A DNA stretch of 64,000 bases from Ruminiclostridium sp. GTDB lineage: Bacteria > Bacillota > Clostridia > Oscillospirales > Ruminococcaceae. Location: the NCBI GenBank assembly GCA_017395555.1, contig JAFPUE010000074.1, forward strand, positions 10,005 through 74,004, written 5' to 3'. Made by a program: the position numbers and the translations under genes. Below the pieces are notes generated by a model. It was not told the origin of the DNA, made no database searches, and saw only the letters and a program-made list of their open reading frames with translations. Within the stretch, counting starts at the first letter, position 1, and each line of letters opens with the position of its first letter. Shown in pieces: positions 38,753 through 48,772 of this stretch.

Positions 38753-39589
38753 ATGAAATTAGACATCAGATACAGCAATCACCCCGACGATTCCAGATAC
38801 TACGACACCGAAAGGCTCCGTAAGAATTACCTTATCGAGAAGGTATTCGAGGCGGACGAGATATCGCTCACATACTCGCATCAGGACAGAATGATAGCGG
38901 GCGGAGCGATGCCGGTGAACGGGGAGCTCAAGCTGGGCAGCACAAAGGAGCTCGGCACGGATTATTTCCTCGAAAGACGCGAAATGGGTATCATAAACGT
39001 CGGCGGCAAGGGTACGGTAGTGCTTGACGGCACGGAGTACGCGCTCGGCTACAAGGACGGACTTTACATCGGAATGGGAACAAAAGAGATCATCTTCCGC
39101 TCGGACGACGCGGCAGCTCCCGCAAAGTTCTACATCAACTCCAGCCCCGCGCACAAGACCTATCCCACCGTGTACATCACGAAGGAGAAGGCTAACCACC
39201 GTCCTCTCGGCAGCGGCGAGAACATGAACAAGCGCGTTGTAAACCAGTACATTCACCCTGCGGTATGCGAGTCCTGCTCGCTGCAGATGGGAATGACCGA
39301 GCTCGATCCGTGCAATTCCTGGAACACGATGCCGTCGCACACACACGAGAGAAGAATGGAAGTGTACTTCTACTTCGAGCTTGAAGGTGACAATGTGGTG
39401 TTCCATTTCATGGGTCAGCCGCAGGAGACACGCCATATCATCATGCACAACGAACAGGCTGTCATCAGCCCGAGCTGGTCTATCCACAGCGGCACGGCTA
39501 CCAGCAACTACACATTTATCTGGGGAATGTGCGGCGAAAATCAGACCTACGACGATATGGACAACATCGGCAACCTTGACCTCAGATGA
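38753..39589 (+). CDS. kduI: 5-dehydro-4-deoxy-D-glucuronate isomerase
   Basis: FLERREMGIINVGG, WNTMPSHTHERRMEVYFYF, ETRH, SPSWSIHSG, FIWGMCGEN. Confidence 0.97.
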   Translation: MKLDIRYSNHPDDSRYYDTERLRKNYLIEKVFEADEISLTYSHQDRMIAGGAMPVNGELKLGSTKELGTDYFLERREMGIINVGGKGTVVLDGTEYALGYKDGLYIGMGTKEIIFRSDDAAAPAKFYINSSPAHKTYPTVYITKEKANHRPLGSGENMNKRVVNQYIHPAVCESCSLQMGMTELDPCNSWNTMPSHTHERRMEVYFYFELEGDNVVFHFMGQPQETRHIIMHNEQAVISPSWSIHSGTATSNYTFIWGMCGENQTYDDMDNIGNLDLR

Positions 39590-39653
39590 ACCCGGCGACA
39601 CGACGGAAGTAATACTAAATTGTGAATAATCATTGAAAGGTGTGGGCAGCGCT

Positions 39654-40760
39654 ATGGCTTACTTGACTTTACGAGGAATCAACAAGATCTACCCGAACGG
39701 CTTTCATGCCGTGCATGACTTCAACCTTGAGATCGAGAAGGGCGAATTCATCGTCTTTGTCGGCTCTTCGGGCTGCGGTAAATCAACAACTCTGCGAATG
39801 ATCGCGGGTCTTGAAAACATCAGCAAGGGAGACTTCCTGATAAACGGCGAAAGAGCCAACGAAAAGGGTCCCCGTGAACGCGGAGTGGCAATGGTATTCC
39901 AGAGCTACGCGCTTTATCCGCACATGACGGTGTATGATAACATGGCGTTCGGACTTACGCTGCAGGGCGTTGACGATGACGTTATCGAGAAGAAGGTAAA
40001 CGCGACGGCGAAGATACTCGGTCTTACCGACTATCTCGAAAGACTGCCGAGAGAGCTTTCCGGCGGTCAGCGTCAGAGAGTTGCGGTAGGACGCGCGATA
40101 ATCCGCAAAGTCGATATCTTCCTCATGGACGAGCCGCTTTCCAACCTCGACGCGAAGCAGAGAGTTACCATGCGCTCCGAGATCACGCAGATCCACCGCG
40201 AGACGGGAGCCACGACTATCTACGTTACGCACGATCAGATCGAGGCTATGACAATGGCGGACAGGATCGTCGTTATGAAGGACGGCTATATCCAGCAGGT
40301 GGGAACGCCGCATGACCTGTACTTCAACCCCGTGAATATGTTCGTTGCGGGATTTATCGGAGAACCGCCGATGAACTTTGTCGTAGGCAATGTCAGATCC
40401 GGAATGCTTGAGCTTGAAGACAACCCGCTTGATCTGCGTGCAGTCGCGGACGAGGAGACGCTTGCAAAGTACGAGGGCAAGGAGATAGTCTTCGGCTTCC
40501 GTCCCGAGGCGATACAGCCGATAAGAGGCGAAGAGGAGATCGGCGACGCGTATAAGCTCAGGTGCTATGTAAACCTTGTTGAGCTTCTCGGTGACAACAC
40601 CAACGTGTATGTCAGCCACGACGCCCATAACACAATACTGAAAGTCGATCCGCATCAGGCACCGGGCGTTACCGAGAATTTCGATTTCGCGATACCTTAC
40701 GGAAGCGTATATCTCTTCGACAAGACTACCGAAAGACGTATAAAGATAAATAACAAATAA
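39654..40760 (+). CDS. Second carbohydrate ABC ATPase (MalK/MsmK family)
   Basis: GSSGCGKST, MVFQSYALYPHM, LSGGQRQR, MDEPLSNLDAK, YVTHDQ. Confidence 0.95.
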   Translation: MAYLTLRGINKIYPNGFHAVHDFNLEIEKGEFIVFVGSSGCGKSTTLRMIAGLENISKGDFLINGERANEKGPRERGVAMVFQSYALYPHMTVYDNMAFGLTLQGVDDDVIEKKVNATAKILGLTDYLERLPRELSGGQRQRVAVGRAIIRKVDIFLMDEPLSNLDAKQRVTMRSEITQIHRETGATTIYVTHDQIEAMTMADRIVVMKDGYIQQVGTPHDLYFNPVNMFVAGFIGEPPMNFVVGNVRSGMLELEDNPLDLRAVADEETLAKYEGKEIVFGFRPEAIQPIRGEEEIGDAYKLRCYVNLVELLGDNTNVYVSHDAHNTILKVDPHQAPGVTENFDFAIPYGSVYLFDKTTERRIKINNK

Positions 40761-40837
40761 TTGCAACAATATTTCTGCCCCGCCCACAGCGGGGTAAAAA
40801 TACATATGACACAAAATCAGATTTGGAGTATATTAAA

Positions 40838-42274
40838 ATGCAGAAGCTGAACAGAACCGTTTACTCCGCGCCGGAAAGACCGATAAAGGTGCTCCAGTTC
40901 GGAGAGGGCAATTTTTTGAGAGCTTTCGTTGACTGGATCATAGAGGATCTCAACGAAAAAGGCATAATAAACGCGAATGTTGTTGTGGTGCAGCCCACAC
41001 CCACCGGCAGAGTACAGGCTCTTTCGGAGCAGGACGGACTTTACACGCTCTGCCTCGAAGGCATAGAGAACGGCGAAAAGGTGCAGAGCCGCAGAGTTAT
41101 CGACGTGCTCGGCGACTTTGTTGACCCCTACACGCAGTATGAGAAGTATCTCGGCTACGCGTCGAGCGAAGACCTCGAAGTCATCGTGTCGAACACGACG
41201 GAAGCGGGAATTGCGCTCGATACATCGGACACGGACTTTTCCGCCTGCCCGAAGAGCTTCCCGGGAAAGCTGCTCGCGTTCCTGAAAGCGCGTTACGATC
41301 ATTTTGCGGGTGCTGCCGACAAGGGTCTCGCGATAGTTCCCTGCGAGCTTATAGACCACAACGGTGACGAGCTGAAACGCGTGCTCAACGAGCTTGCGAA
41401 GATAAACGGCATGGACGGCGCATTCATTGACTGGCTCAACACCGCCAACCACTTCACGAGCACGCTCGTTGACCGCATAGTTCCCGGTTATCCGCGCGAC
41501 AACGCCGCGGCTATCTGCGAGGAAACGGGCTTCGAGGACAACAGCATAGTCAAGGGCGAGATCTTCCACCTCTGGGTGCTGCAGAAGGAGCCGTTCGTGC
41601 AGGAGAGACTGCCTGCCGACAAGTCCGGTCTGAACGTAATTTTCGCGGACGATATCACGCCGTACAAGCAGCGCAAGGTCAAGATACTCAACGGCTCGCA
41701 TACATCAATGGTGCCGATAGCGTACCTCTGCGGCATCGACACGGTGCGCGAGGCTGTCACGGACGAGGATGTGGGACGGTTTATCAGAGATCTCGTGAAC
41801 GAGGAGATAAAGCCGACTATTGAGCTTCCCGCGGACGAAATGGACGCGTTCGCTTCGGCGGTAATGGAGCGCTTCATGAACCCGTATATCCGCCACGAGC
41901 TTATGTCTATCGCGCTCAACTCGACTACCAAATTCAGAACACGCCTGCTCCCGTCGTACAACGATTACCGCGCGAAGTTCGGCAAATCCCCGAAGCATAT
42001 CCTGTTCGCGCTGGCATCGCTTATCGTGTTCTTCCGCGGAAAGCGCGGAGACGCGGATATCGCACTGAAGGACGACGCAGCGTATCTTGACTTCTGGAAG
42101 AGCGTCTGGGAGCTCGGCGAGCCCGACAAGATCGCGGCGAAGGTGCTTTCCGCAGACGATATCTGGCAGCAGTCAATTGCCGATGACGACAACGTGAACG
42201 TCGTTGCGGGATATATAAGAAGCATAGTTGACAAGGGCGAGAGAGCGGCACTAAAGGAATTTCTCGGTGAATAA
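40838..42274 (+). CDS. uxaB: Tagaturonate reductase (altronate oxidoreductase)
   Basis: LQFGEGNFLRAFVD, SNTTEAGI, SFPGKL, PCELI, TLVDRIVPGYP, KVKILNGSHT, RFMNP. Confidence 0.95.
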   Translation: MQKLNRTVYSAPERPIKVLQFGEGNFLRAFVDWIIEDLNEKGIINANVVVVQPTPTGRVQALSEQDGLYTLCLEGIENGEKVQSRRVIDVLGDFVDPYTQYEKYLGYASSEDLEVIVSNTTEAGIALDTSDTDFSACPKSFPGKLLAFLKARYDHFAGAADKGLAIVPCELIDHNGDELKRVLNELAKINGMDGAFIDWLNTANHFTSTLVDRIVPGYPRDNAAAICEETGFEDNSIVKGEIFHLWVLQKEPFVQERLPADKSGLNVIFADDITPYKQRKVKILNGSHTSMVPIAYLCGIDTVREAVTDEDVGRFIRDLVNEEIKPTIELPADEMDAFASAVMERFMNPYIRHELMSIALNSTTKFRTRLLPSYNDYRAKFGKSPKHILFALASLIVFFRGKRGDADIALKDDAAYLDFWKSVWELGEPDKIAAKVLSADDIWQQSIADDDNVNVVAGYIRSIVDKGERAALKEFLGE

Positions 42275-43754
42275 AATGAAAAAAACTATCGTTATTTCTC
42301 CGGACGACTCCGTAGGCGTAGCACTTACGGCGCTGAAAAAGGGCGAGACCGCCGAGGGCGTTACGCTCGCGGAGGATATTGAAAAAGGACATAAATTCGC
42401 TTTGAAGCCCATAAAAACGGGCGAAAAGGTAATAAAATACGGCGAGGTCATAGGCAGAGCCACCGCGGATATCTCCGCGGGCGAGCATATCCACAGCCAC
42501 AATATGGCTACCTGCCTTGACGGCACGCTCGAATATTCGTACAACCGCAAGGATATCGCTCCGGCTCCCGCCGTGGCACCGCGCACCGTAAACGTCTATG
42601 AGCGCAGGAACGGCGAAGTCGGCATACGCAACGAGCTTTGGGTGATACCGACTGTCGGCTGCGTGAACGCGCAGGCAAGGGCGATAGTTGACGCGTTTGT
42701 ACGCAAGCACGGCGCTCTGCCGGGGATAGACGGCTGCTTCACCTTCACGCACCCCTACGGCTGTTCGCAGATCGGCGAGGATCATGAGCGCACGAAGCGG
42801 CTTCTCCAGAGAATGGTGAAGCATCCGAACTGCGGCGGCGTGCTTGTTCTCGGGCTCGGCTGCGAAAACAACCGAATGGACGTGTTCCGCGATACCCTCG
42901 GAGATTATGACGAGACGCGCACGCAGTTTCTTGTTGCGCAGGAAGTCGGCGACGAGATCGCGGAGGGAGTGAAGCTCCTCGAAAAGCTGTATGAAGCCGC
43001 GAAGGACGACAAGCGTGTTCCTCGCGATATCTCCTGCCTTAAAGTCGGACTCAAATGCGGCGGCTCGGACGGGCTTTCCGGCATTACCGCAAATCCGCTT
43101 GTGGGGCGCTTCTCCGACTATATGGCGGCGGCTGGCGGCACGACGGTGCTTACCGAGGTCCCCGAAATGTTCGGCGCGGAGCAGCTTCTCATGGACCGCG
43201 CAAAGGACGAGCAGACATTCGGCAAGATAGTTTCGCTGATTAACGGCTTCAAGGAATACTATCAGAAGCACGATCAGCCGGTATATGAAAATCCCAGCCC
43301 GGGCAACAAGGCGGGCGGTATTACGACGCTGGAGGACAAATCCCTCGGCTGCACGCAGAAGTCGGGCTCTTATGCGGTCTGCGACGTGCTGTTCGACGGC
43401 GACAACCTGACGAAGCACGGTCTTAATCTTCTTAACGGTCCCGGCAACGACATGGTTGCGGTAACAAATCTCGCGTGTGCGGGCTGTCATCTGGTGCTGT
43501 TCACAACGGGGCGCGGTACGCCCTTCGGCGGCTTCGTGCCGACGGTAAAGATATCGACGAACTCCGATATTGCGGCAAGAAAGCCGAACTGGATAGACTT
43601 CGACGCGGGCAGCATAGCCGCGGGAGATACATTTGAGAGCAGGCTCGAAGCGCTCACCGATCTTGTGGTTGCCGTTGCGAACGGACAGCAGACGGTAAAC
43701 GAGCGCTACAACTCGCGCGATATCGCGCTTTTCAAAACGGGCGTGACACTTTGA
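42267..43754 (+). CDS. uxaA: Altronate dehydratase (SAF + UxaA domains)
   Basis: GHKFAL, IKYG, HSHN, GIRN, PTVGCVN, HPYGCSQ, GLGCEN, KCGGSD, NPSPGNKAGG, TTGRGTP. Confidence 0.95.
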   Translation: MNKMKKTIVISPDDSVGVALTALKKGETAEGVTLAEDIEKGHKFALKPIKTGEKVIKYGEVIGRATADISAGEHIHSHNMATCLDGTLEYSYNRKDIAPAPAVAPRTVNVYERRNGEVGIRNELWVIPTVGCVNAQARAIVDAFVRKHGALPGIDGCFTFTHPYGCSQIGEDHERTKRLLQRMVKHPNCGGVLVLGLGCENNRMDVFRDTLGDYDETRTQFLVAQEVGDEIAEGVKLLEKLYEAAKDDKRVPRDISCLKVGLKCGGSDGLSGITANPLVGRFSDYMAAAGGTTVLTEVPEMFGAEQLLMDRAKDEQTFGKIVSLINGFKEYYQKHDQPVYENPSPGNKAGGITTLEDKSLGCTQKSGSYAVCDVLFDGDNLTKHGLNLLNGPGNDMVAVTNLACAGCHLVLFTTGRGTPFGGFVPTVKISTNSDIAARKPNWIDFDAGSIAAGDTFESRLEALTDLVVAVANGQQTVNERYNSRDIALFKTGVTL

Positions 43755-43773
43755 TAACAGGAGATACAACAAA

Positions 43774-45168
43774 ATGAAGAAATTTATGGATAAGGACTTT
43801 GTCCTCACAAACGAAACGGCTGTAAAGCTGTATGAAGGCTACGCAAAGGATATGCCGATCTTCGACTTTCACTGTCATCTTCCGATACAGGAAATATACA
43901 ACGACAGGAAATTCGCATCAATAACGGAGTGCTGGCTCGGCGGCGATCACTACAAGTGGCGTCTTATGCGCGAAATGGGCGTTGACGAGAGCTACATCAC
44001 CGGCGACAAGGGCGATTTCGAGAAGTTCATGAAATACGCGGAGGCTATGCCCTACGCTATCGGCAACCCGATCTTCCACTGGACACACCTTGAGCTGCAG
44101 AGATATTTCGGCATTGACACGATACTTTCTCCCGAGACGGCGAAGGAGATTTTCGACAAGTGCAACGAAAAGCTCGAAACCCTCACCGCGCGTAAGCTCA
44201 TCACAATGAGCAACGTAAAGAAGCTCTTCACCACCGACGATCCTATCGACGATCTGCATTTCCACAAGCTGCTCAAGGAGGACAAGACCTTCGATGTTGA
44301 AGTTGCTCCGGCTTTCCGCCCGGACAAGGCGATAAACATCGAGCTCCCGACTTACGTTCCGTATATCGCGAAGCTCGCGGATGCCGCAGATGTGCGCATT
44401 GACGGCATCGACAGCCTTTGCGAAGCGCTTACGAAGCGTATCGAGTATTTCGACAGCGTAGGCTGCGTATGCTCCGATCACGCGCTGGACGTTGTTATGT
44501 TCAGGCCTGCCGACAAGGAGAAGGTGGACAAGATCGTCAAAAAGGCGCTTGCCGGCGATGACATCACCCTCGACGAGATAAAGCAGTACAAGGGCTATGT
44601 GCTGGTTCACCTCGGCAAGCAGTACGCCCGTCTGCACTGGGTACAGCAGTACCACATCGGCGCGCTTCGCAACAACTCCTGCAGATATATGAGCCTGCTC
44701 GGACCCGATACCGGCTACGACGCGATCGAGGATCAGAGCTTTGCGGAACCGCTGGCGCAGCTGCTTGACACGCTCGACAGCACCGACGAGCTGCCCAAGA
44801 CGATACTCTACTGCCTCAACCCGCGTGACAACGAGGTCATAGCCACGATAATGAACTGCTTCCAGCAGGGCGGCATCGTCGGCAAGATGCAGTTCGGCTC
44901 GGCGTGGTGGTTCAACGATCAGAAGGACGGTATGCAGAAGCAGCTCACCGCGCTCTCGCAGCTCGGACTTGTATCGAAGTTCGTCGGTATGCTCACCGAC
45001 AGCCGCAGCTTCCTTTCCTACACCCGTCACGAGTATTTCAGAAGAATACTCTGCGATATGTTCGGCTCTCTCGTCGAGAACGGCGAATATCCCGACAACA
45101 TAGAGTTCATAGGACAGGTGGTAAAGGATATCTGCTACAACAACGCGGTTAATTACTTCTCAAAATAA
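43774..45168 (+). CDS. uxaC: Uronate isomerase
   Basis: PIFDFHCHL, WLGGDHYKWR, TTDDP, FRPDK, GSAWWFND, GMLTDSRSFLSY.RHEYFRR. Confidence 0.97.
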   Translation: MKKFMDKDFVLTNETAVKLYEGYAKDMPIFDFHCHLPIQEIYNDRKFASITECWLGGDHYKWRLMREMGVDESYITGDKGDFEKFMKYAEAMPYAIGNPIFHWTHLELQRYFGIDTILSPETAKEIFDKCNEKLETLTARKLITMSNVKKLFTTDDPIDDLHFHKLLKEDKTFDVEVAPAFRPDKAINIELPTYVPYIAKLADAADVRIDGIDSLCEALTKRIEYFDSVGCVCSDHALDVVMFRPADKEKVDKIVKKALAGDDITLDEIKQYKGYVLVHLGKQYARLHWVQQYHIGALRNNSCRYMSLLGPDTGYDAIEDQSFAEPLAQLLDTLDSTDELPKTILYCLNPRDNEVIATIMNCFQQGGIVGKMQFGSAWWFNDQKDGMQKQLTALSQLGLVSKFVGMLTDSRSFLSYTRHEYFRRILCDMFGSLVENGEYPDNIEFIGQVVKDICYNNAVNYFSK

Positions 45169-45204
45169 AGACATCTGCGCAGAACTATCACGCAGTTTGC
45201 TCCG

Positions 45205-45240
45205 AAAGGCTGTGCGCAGATGTACAGCCTTTTGTTTTGT
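45205..45240 (+). terminator. Intrinsic terminator after uxaC
   Basis: AAAGGCTGT...ACAGCCTTT followed by TGTTTTGT. Confidence 0.75.
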
Positions 45241-45303
45241 CTTATCCCCCAAAAAGTCGTATAAAAATTTTACACTTGACAGCAATGTTTTCCGAAAAAA
45301 GAC

Positions 45304-45332
45304 TTGATATTTTGTACTCAATGTTGTATAAT
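45304..45332 (+). promoter_or_regulatory. Sigma-A promoter of the GGDEF gene
   Basis: TTGATA-17 nt-TATAAT. Confidence 0.7.
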
Positions 45333-45499
45333 AAATATATATACTCATAAAATGCGATACCTGTTCTCCGTCAAAGAAACGCTGAACAGCGATTTCAGCC
45401 ATATTTAAAGATAACCGCCGCAGGCGGCTCCGTAATTATTCACTATTCACTATTCATTACTCCTGTGTTCCTATGTAGGGTATGGAAAGGTATGCGACG

Positions 45500-46561
45500 A
45501 TGTACAAGATAGAACAGCTCATAAAATATCATTATTTTGCCGAGCAGCTTGAAAAGGCAGGCCTCGATCACATCACCGATTCGCTTACGGGTCTTATTTC
45601 GAGACCGTACATTCTCGGTTTCGCGAAGTCTCTTATTGCCGAGAAGGTGCCGTTCAGCTTTGTTATGCTCGATCTCGACAATTTCAAGTTCGTAAATGAC
45701 ACATACGGTCACAGCACGGGCGACGATGTTCTCAGAGGCGTTTCCGCGGCTCTTTCGGAATACATCGACGGCTTCGGCATTGCCGGACGCTTCGGCGGAG
45801 ACGAGATACTTTTTGTCAATCTGCGCGATATCACATACGACGCAAACAAGGAATTTTTCCGCGAAATGTACAACGATAGCAAGGTACTGCGCAGAAATTA
45901 CGATTTCGAGACCTGCAGCCCGTTCGTTACGGGAACGGTAGGCTGTGCGACATTCCCGAAGGACGCCGGGGATTTCGACGGGCTTTTCGCGATGATAGAC
46001 AAGACGCTGTACCGCGGAAAGAGCAAGGGAAGAAACTGCTACATAATCTACGTTGAGGAAAAGCACAGGAATATCGAGATCAGAAAGCTCTCCGGACACG
46101 GGATATGCGCCGTTATGCAGTCCATAATACGTCAGGTTGAGCTGGTTCCCGGTGCGCTGAACAAGTTCCACTCCGCGCTTCCTCTGCTCATGGACGAGAT
46201 CGGTATCACAGACCTATACTATACCGACAGGAACAACGTAATGCACGCCATTCTCGATAAGAGCTTCCGGGAAGACGTGAGCGATATCGAGAAGCTGATG
46301 AAGGACGAGATCTATCGCACAAACGAGGTTGAGACGCTCGAAGACAAAGCGCCGATATTCTGCGAGGTGCTGAAAAAGCACAGCATGGAGACCGTGCTTG
46401 TTTCCAAGATCGGTATGAAGCAGGACACCGACGGTTATGTCATCTGCGCCGAGCCGAGAAGCCACCGTATCTGGCAGGAGGACGAATGTGCAATGGTATA
46501 TTTCCTCGCCAAGCTCATCGCGGTAGGTATCCGCGTTGACGGCGACGTACTGCCGGAATAA
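45500..46561 (+). CDS. Cytoplasmic diguanylate cyclase-like protein (N-terminal GGDEF, C-terminal GAF-like domain)
   Basis: DSLTGL, LDLDNFKFVNDTYGH..GD, RFGGDEI, LYRGKSKGRN; C-terminal RIWQEDE; ATG after GAAAGG. Confidence 0.85.
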   Translation: MYKIEQLIKYHYFAEQLEKAGLDHITDSLTGLISRPYILGFAKSLIAEKVPFSFVMLDLDNFKFVNDTYGHSTGDDVLRGVSAALSEYIDGFGIAGRFGGDEILFVNLRDITYDANKEFFREMYNDSKVLRRNYDFETCSPFVTGTVGCATFPKDAGDFDGLFAMIDKTLYRGKSKGRNCYIIYVEEKHRNIEIRKLSGHGICAVMQSIIRQVELVPGALNKFHSALPLLMDEIGITDLYYTDRNNVMHAILDKSFREDVSDIEKLMKDEIYRTNEVETLEDKAPIFCEVLKKHSMETVLVSKIGMKQDTDGYVICAEPRSHRIWQEDECAMVYFLAKLIAVGIRVDGDVLPE

Positions 46562-46585
46562 CCGACATTTAATGAAGTAAAGCAA

Positions 46586-46620
46586 ACGGACCGGCAATGA
46601 TTACTGCCGGTCTTGTTTTG
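46586..46620 (+). terminator. Putative terminator after the GGDEF gene
   Basis: GACCGGCA/TGCCGGTC stem followed by TTGTTTTG. Confidence 0.6.
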
Positions 46621-46770
46621 TATCTGTAACGCAAGTCAAGTGCAAAGTCGCCGGCCGTGCTTTGTGCGGTATTGCCTATAATGTTCAAACGAAAAAAGAG
46701 AGCACAAAATGTCAGGTTTACACCCGCGAGATGTGATATACTGATATCACAGCGGAAAGAGGTGAACATA

Positions 46771-47604
46771 ATGCAGGGTTGGATAGACGGATTTCAGGAG
46801 TCGATAGAGTACATCGAGCGGAGCCTTTCCGATGAGCTCGATATCGAGAATATCGCCGCGAAAGCAGCGCTTTCTCCGTTTTACTATCAGCGTATCTTCG
46901 GCGCTCTTTGCGGAATGACCGTCGGTGAGTACATTCGCGCGCGCAGAATGACGCTTGCCGCACAGGAGCTTTCGCGCACCGACGGAAAGGTCATCGACAT
47001 TGCGGTAAAGTACGGCTATGACTCACCGGACAGCTTTGCAAAAGCGTTTCAGCGGTTCCACGGTATCACACCGTCACAGGCGAGGGAGCCCGGTATGCCG
47101 CTTCGTTCCTTCGCTCCGCTGCATATTAAAATTACAATGGAGGGCGGTAATATGTTGGATTATCGGATAGTTGAAAGGGCATCATTCACAATTGTCGGAT
47201 TAAGGAAAAAGTTCAACACGGACACGAGCTATCAGGAAATACCGAAGTTCTGGCAGGAGTGGATGAAGGACAAAAAAGGGCTTACGGGAATGTTCGGGTT
47301 CTGTGTCGATTCCGGCGGAAAGGAATTTGACTACTGGATAGCGGATGTTTATGCTCCGTGGAAGGATATCCCCGAGGGCTGCGGAACATTTCAGGTCCCC
47401 GCAAGCCTGTGGGCTGAGTTTACATGCCGGGGTCCGCTTCCGGACGCGTTGCAGAAGGTGAACACGCAGGTATGGTCTGAGTGGCTGCCGTCGCTTAAAG
47501 GCTACGAGCTCGCGGGCAATTATTCGGCGGAGATCTATATGCCACCCGCGGAGGATCCCGCAGACTCGGTGAACTATATATGCGTGCCGCTGAAAAAGGT
47601 GTGA
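46771..47604 (+). CDS. AraC-family regulator with C-terminal GyrI-like effector domain
   Basis: N-terminal HTH (SPFYYQRIF, EYIRARRMTLAA, KYGYDSPDSFAKAF.RFHGITPS) and GyrI-like IPKFW...WSEWLP; ATG after GAGGTG. Confidence 0.9.
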   Translation: MQGWIDGFQESIEYIERSLSDELDIENIAAKAALSPFYYQRIFGALCGMTVGEYIRARRMTLAAQELSRTDGKVIDIAVKYGYDSPDSFAKAFQRFHGITPSQAREPGMPLRSFAPLHIKITMEGGNMLDYRIVERASFTIVGLRKKFNTDTSYQEIPKFWQEWMKDKKGLTGMFGFCVDSGGKEFDYWIADVYAPWKDIPEGCGTFQVPASLWAEFTCRGPLPDALQKVNTQVWSEWLPSLKGYELAGNYSAEIYMPPAEDPADSVNYICVPLKKV

Positions 47605-47669
47605 TCAAATGAATAACGCTGTGTCATAAAACTGTAAATTCCAAGTGTTGCGGCAGAGCAAAAAATAAT

Positions 47670-47712
47670 AAGCCTTGCTTTCCTGTAACGGGAAAACAAG
47701 GCTTGTTTTATT
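47670..47712. terminator. Probable bidirectional terminator between the AraC gene and the radical SAM operon
   Basis: AAGCCTTG..TTCC/GGAA..CAAGGCTT stem with an A-tract before and a T-tract after. Confidence 0.7.
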
Positions 47713-47719
47713 TCTGATC

Positions 47720-48772
47720 TCACAGCAGCGCCGCTTCCATTCCCACAACACCGCCGCCGATATGCGCGTCGCTCTCTCCGTTCCACAGCACCTCATAAAG
47801 CCTGCTGCCGTACCGCACACAGCGCATTTTCCCCACCGCATCACACAGCGGATCGTTCTCGAACCCGCCCCACAGCAGCATAGGGAACCCGCTCCGATAC
47901 GCCGCCGAGCGCAGGAATTTACCGCAAAGGGCGGGGTCATTGCCGCGCACATAAAGATACGAGACAATGCCGTTTTTTATCATGCCGCCGGCTTTCGGGA
48001 ATGCCGGATAGCCGAAAAGCGCGGTAGGGAAGTGCGAAGCGAGCCTGTATATCCCGCCGTATGAGCACAGCCTGTAATGCTTTGTCGCGCTCTGGTCTCC
48101 GATAAAGCAGCACGCGGCGATCTTCCCGGAGCCGTCGCGCACACAGTAAAACCGCTTGTTCCCGAAGCCCGCGTAAGCCGTGTCGCACGGCGCGAGGGAT
48201 TTTTTGGAAAAGTGCAGCTCCGTTATCTCGTCAAAGCCGGTCATGTCGTCCGTTTCCACCCGGATCACCGGCTTTCCGCGCCCGAGACAGAATGTTGTGT
48301 AATGCCCGATATAGCGGTATTCCGGCATATTTTTCCGCCGCTTTTCGAGCATTTTTATCACGCCCGTGTTGCCGTCGAGTATCGTGGTGTATGTCACCGC
48401 GCAGTCCGACACGAGCTGCCCGGTTATCCCGTAAGCGCGCGGTATGAACGCAAGCCTGCCGCGGTAGTCGTGCCGCACCTTCAGCCCCGTCAGATATGCG
48501 CAGCGAGCCGGTGCTCCGTCAAGATACAAGGTCTGTATGACCGCGCCGCCCACCGCGATGACCCTGCCGGTTTCGGTGTCCTCCGCGGCGAGGATATGTG
48601 CGCAGTCACCGTCGGCTTCAAAGGAAGACAGCGGGGAAGCGCCGCGCAGGAACTGCACATTCAGTCCGCCGGAAAAGCTGCCGCTCTCGAAGATATCGCG
48701 TATATCGCCGTTGTCGGACGGCAGGGCGGGACGCAGGATATATTTCCCGCAGCGCTCACTTCGGAAGCTCAT
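47720..48772 (-). CDS. GNAT-fold acyltransferase-like protein (possibly two GNAT domains)
   Basis: N-terminal LRPALPSD, AYLTGLKVRHDYRG (motif A-like), TTILDGN; last gene of the operon, overlapping the upstream rSAM stop. Confidence 0.65.
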   Translation of the reverse strand: MSFRSERCGKYILRPALPSDNGDIRDIFESGSFSGGLNVQFLRGASPLSSFEADGDCAHILAAEDTETGRVIAVGGAVIQTLYLDGAPARCAYLTGLKVRHDYRGRLAFIPRAYGITGQLVSDCAVTYTTILDGNTGVIKMLEKRRKNMPEYRYIGHYTTFCLGRGKPVIRVETDDMTGFDEITELHFSKKSLAPCDTAYAGFGNKRFYCVRDGSGKIAACCFIGDQSATKHYRLCSYGGIYRLASHFPTALFGYPAFPKAGGMIKNGIVSYLYVRGNDPALCGKFLRSAAYRSGFPMLLWGGFENDPLCDAVGKMRCVRYGSRLYEVLWNGESDAHIGGGVVGMEAALL

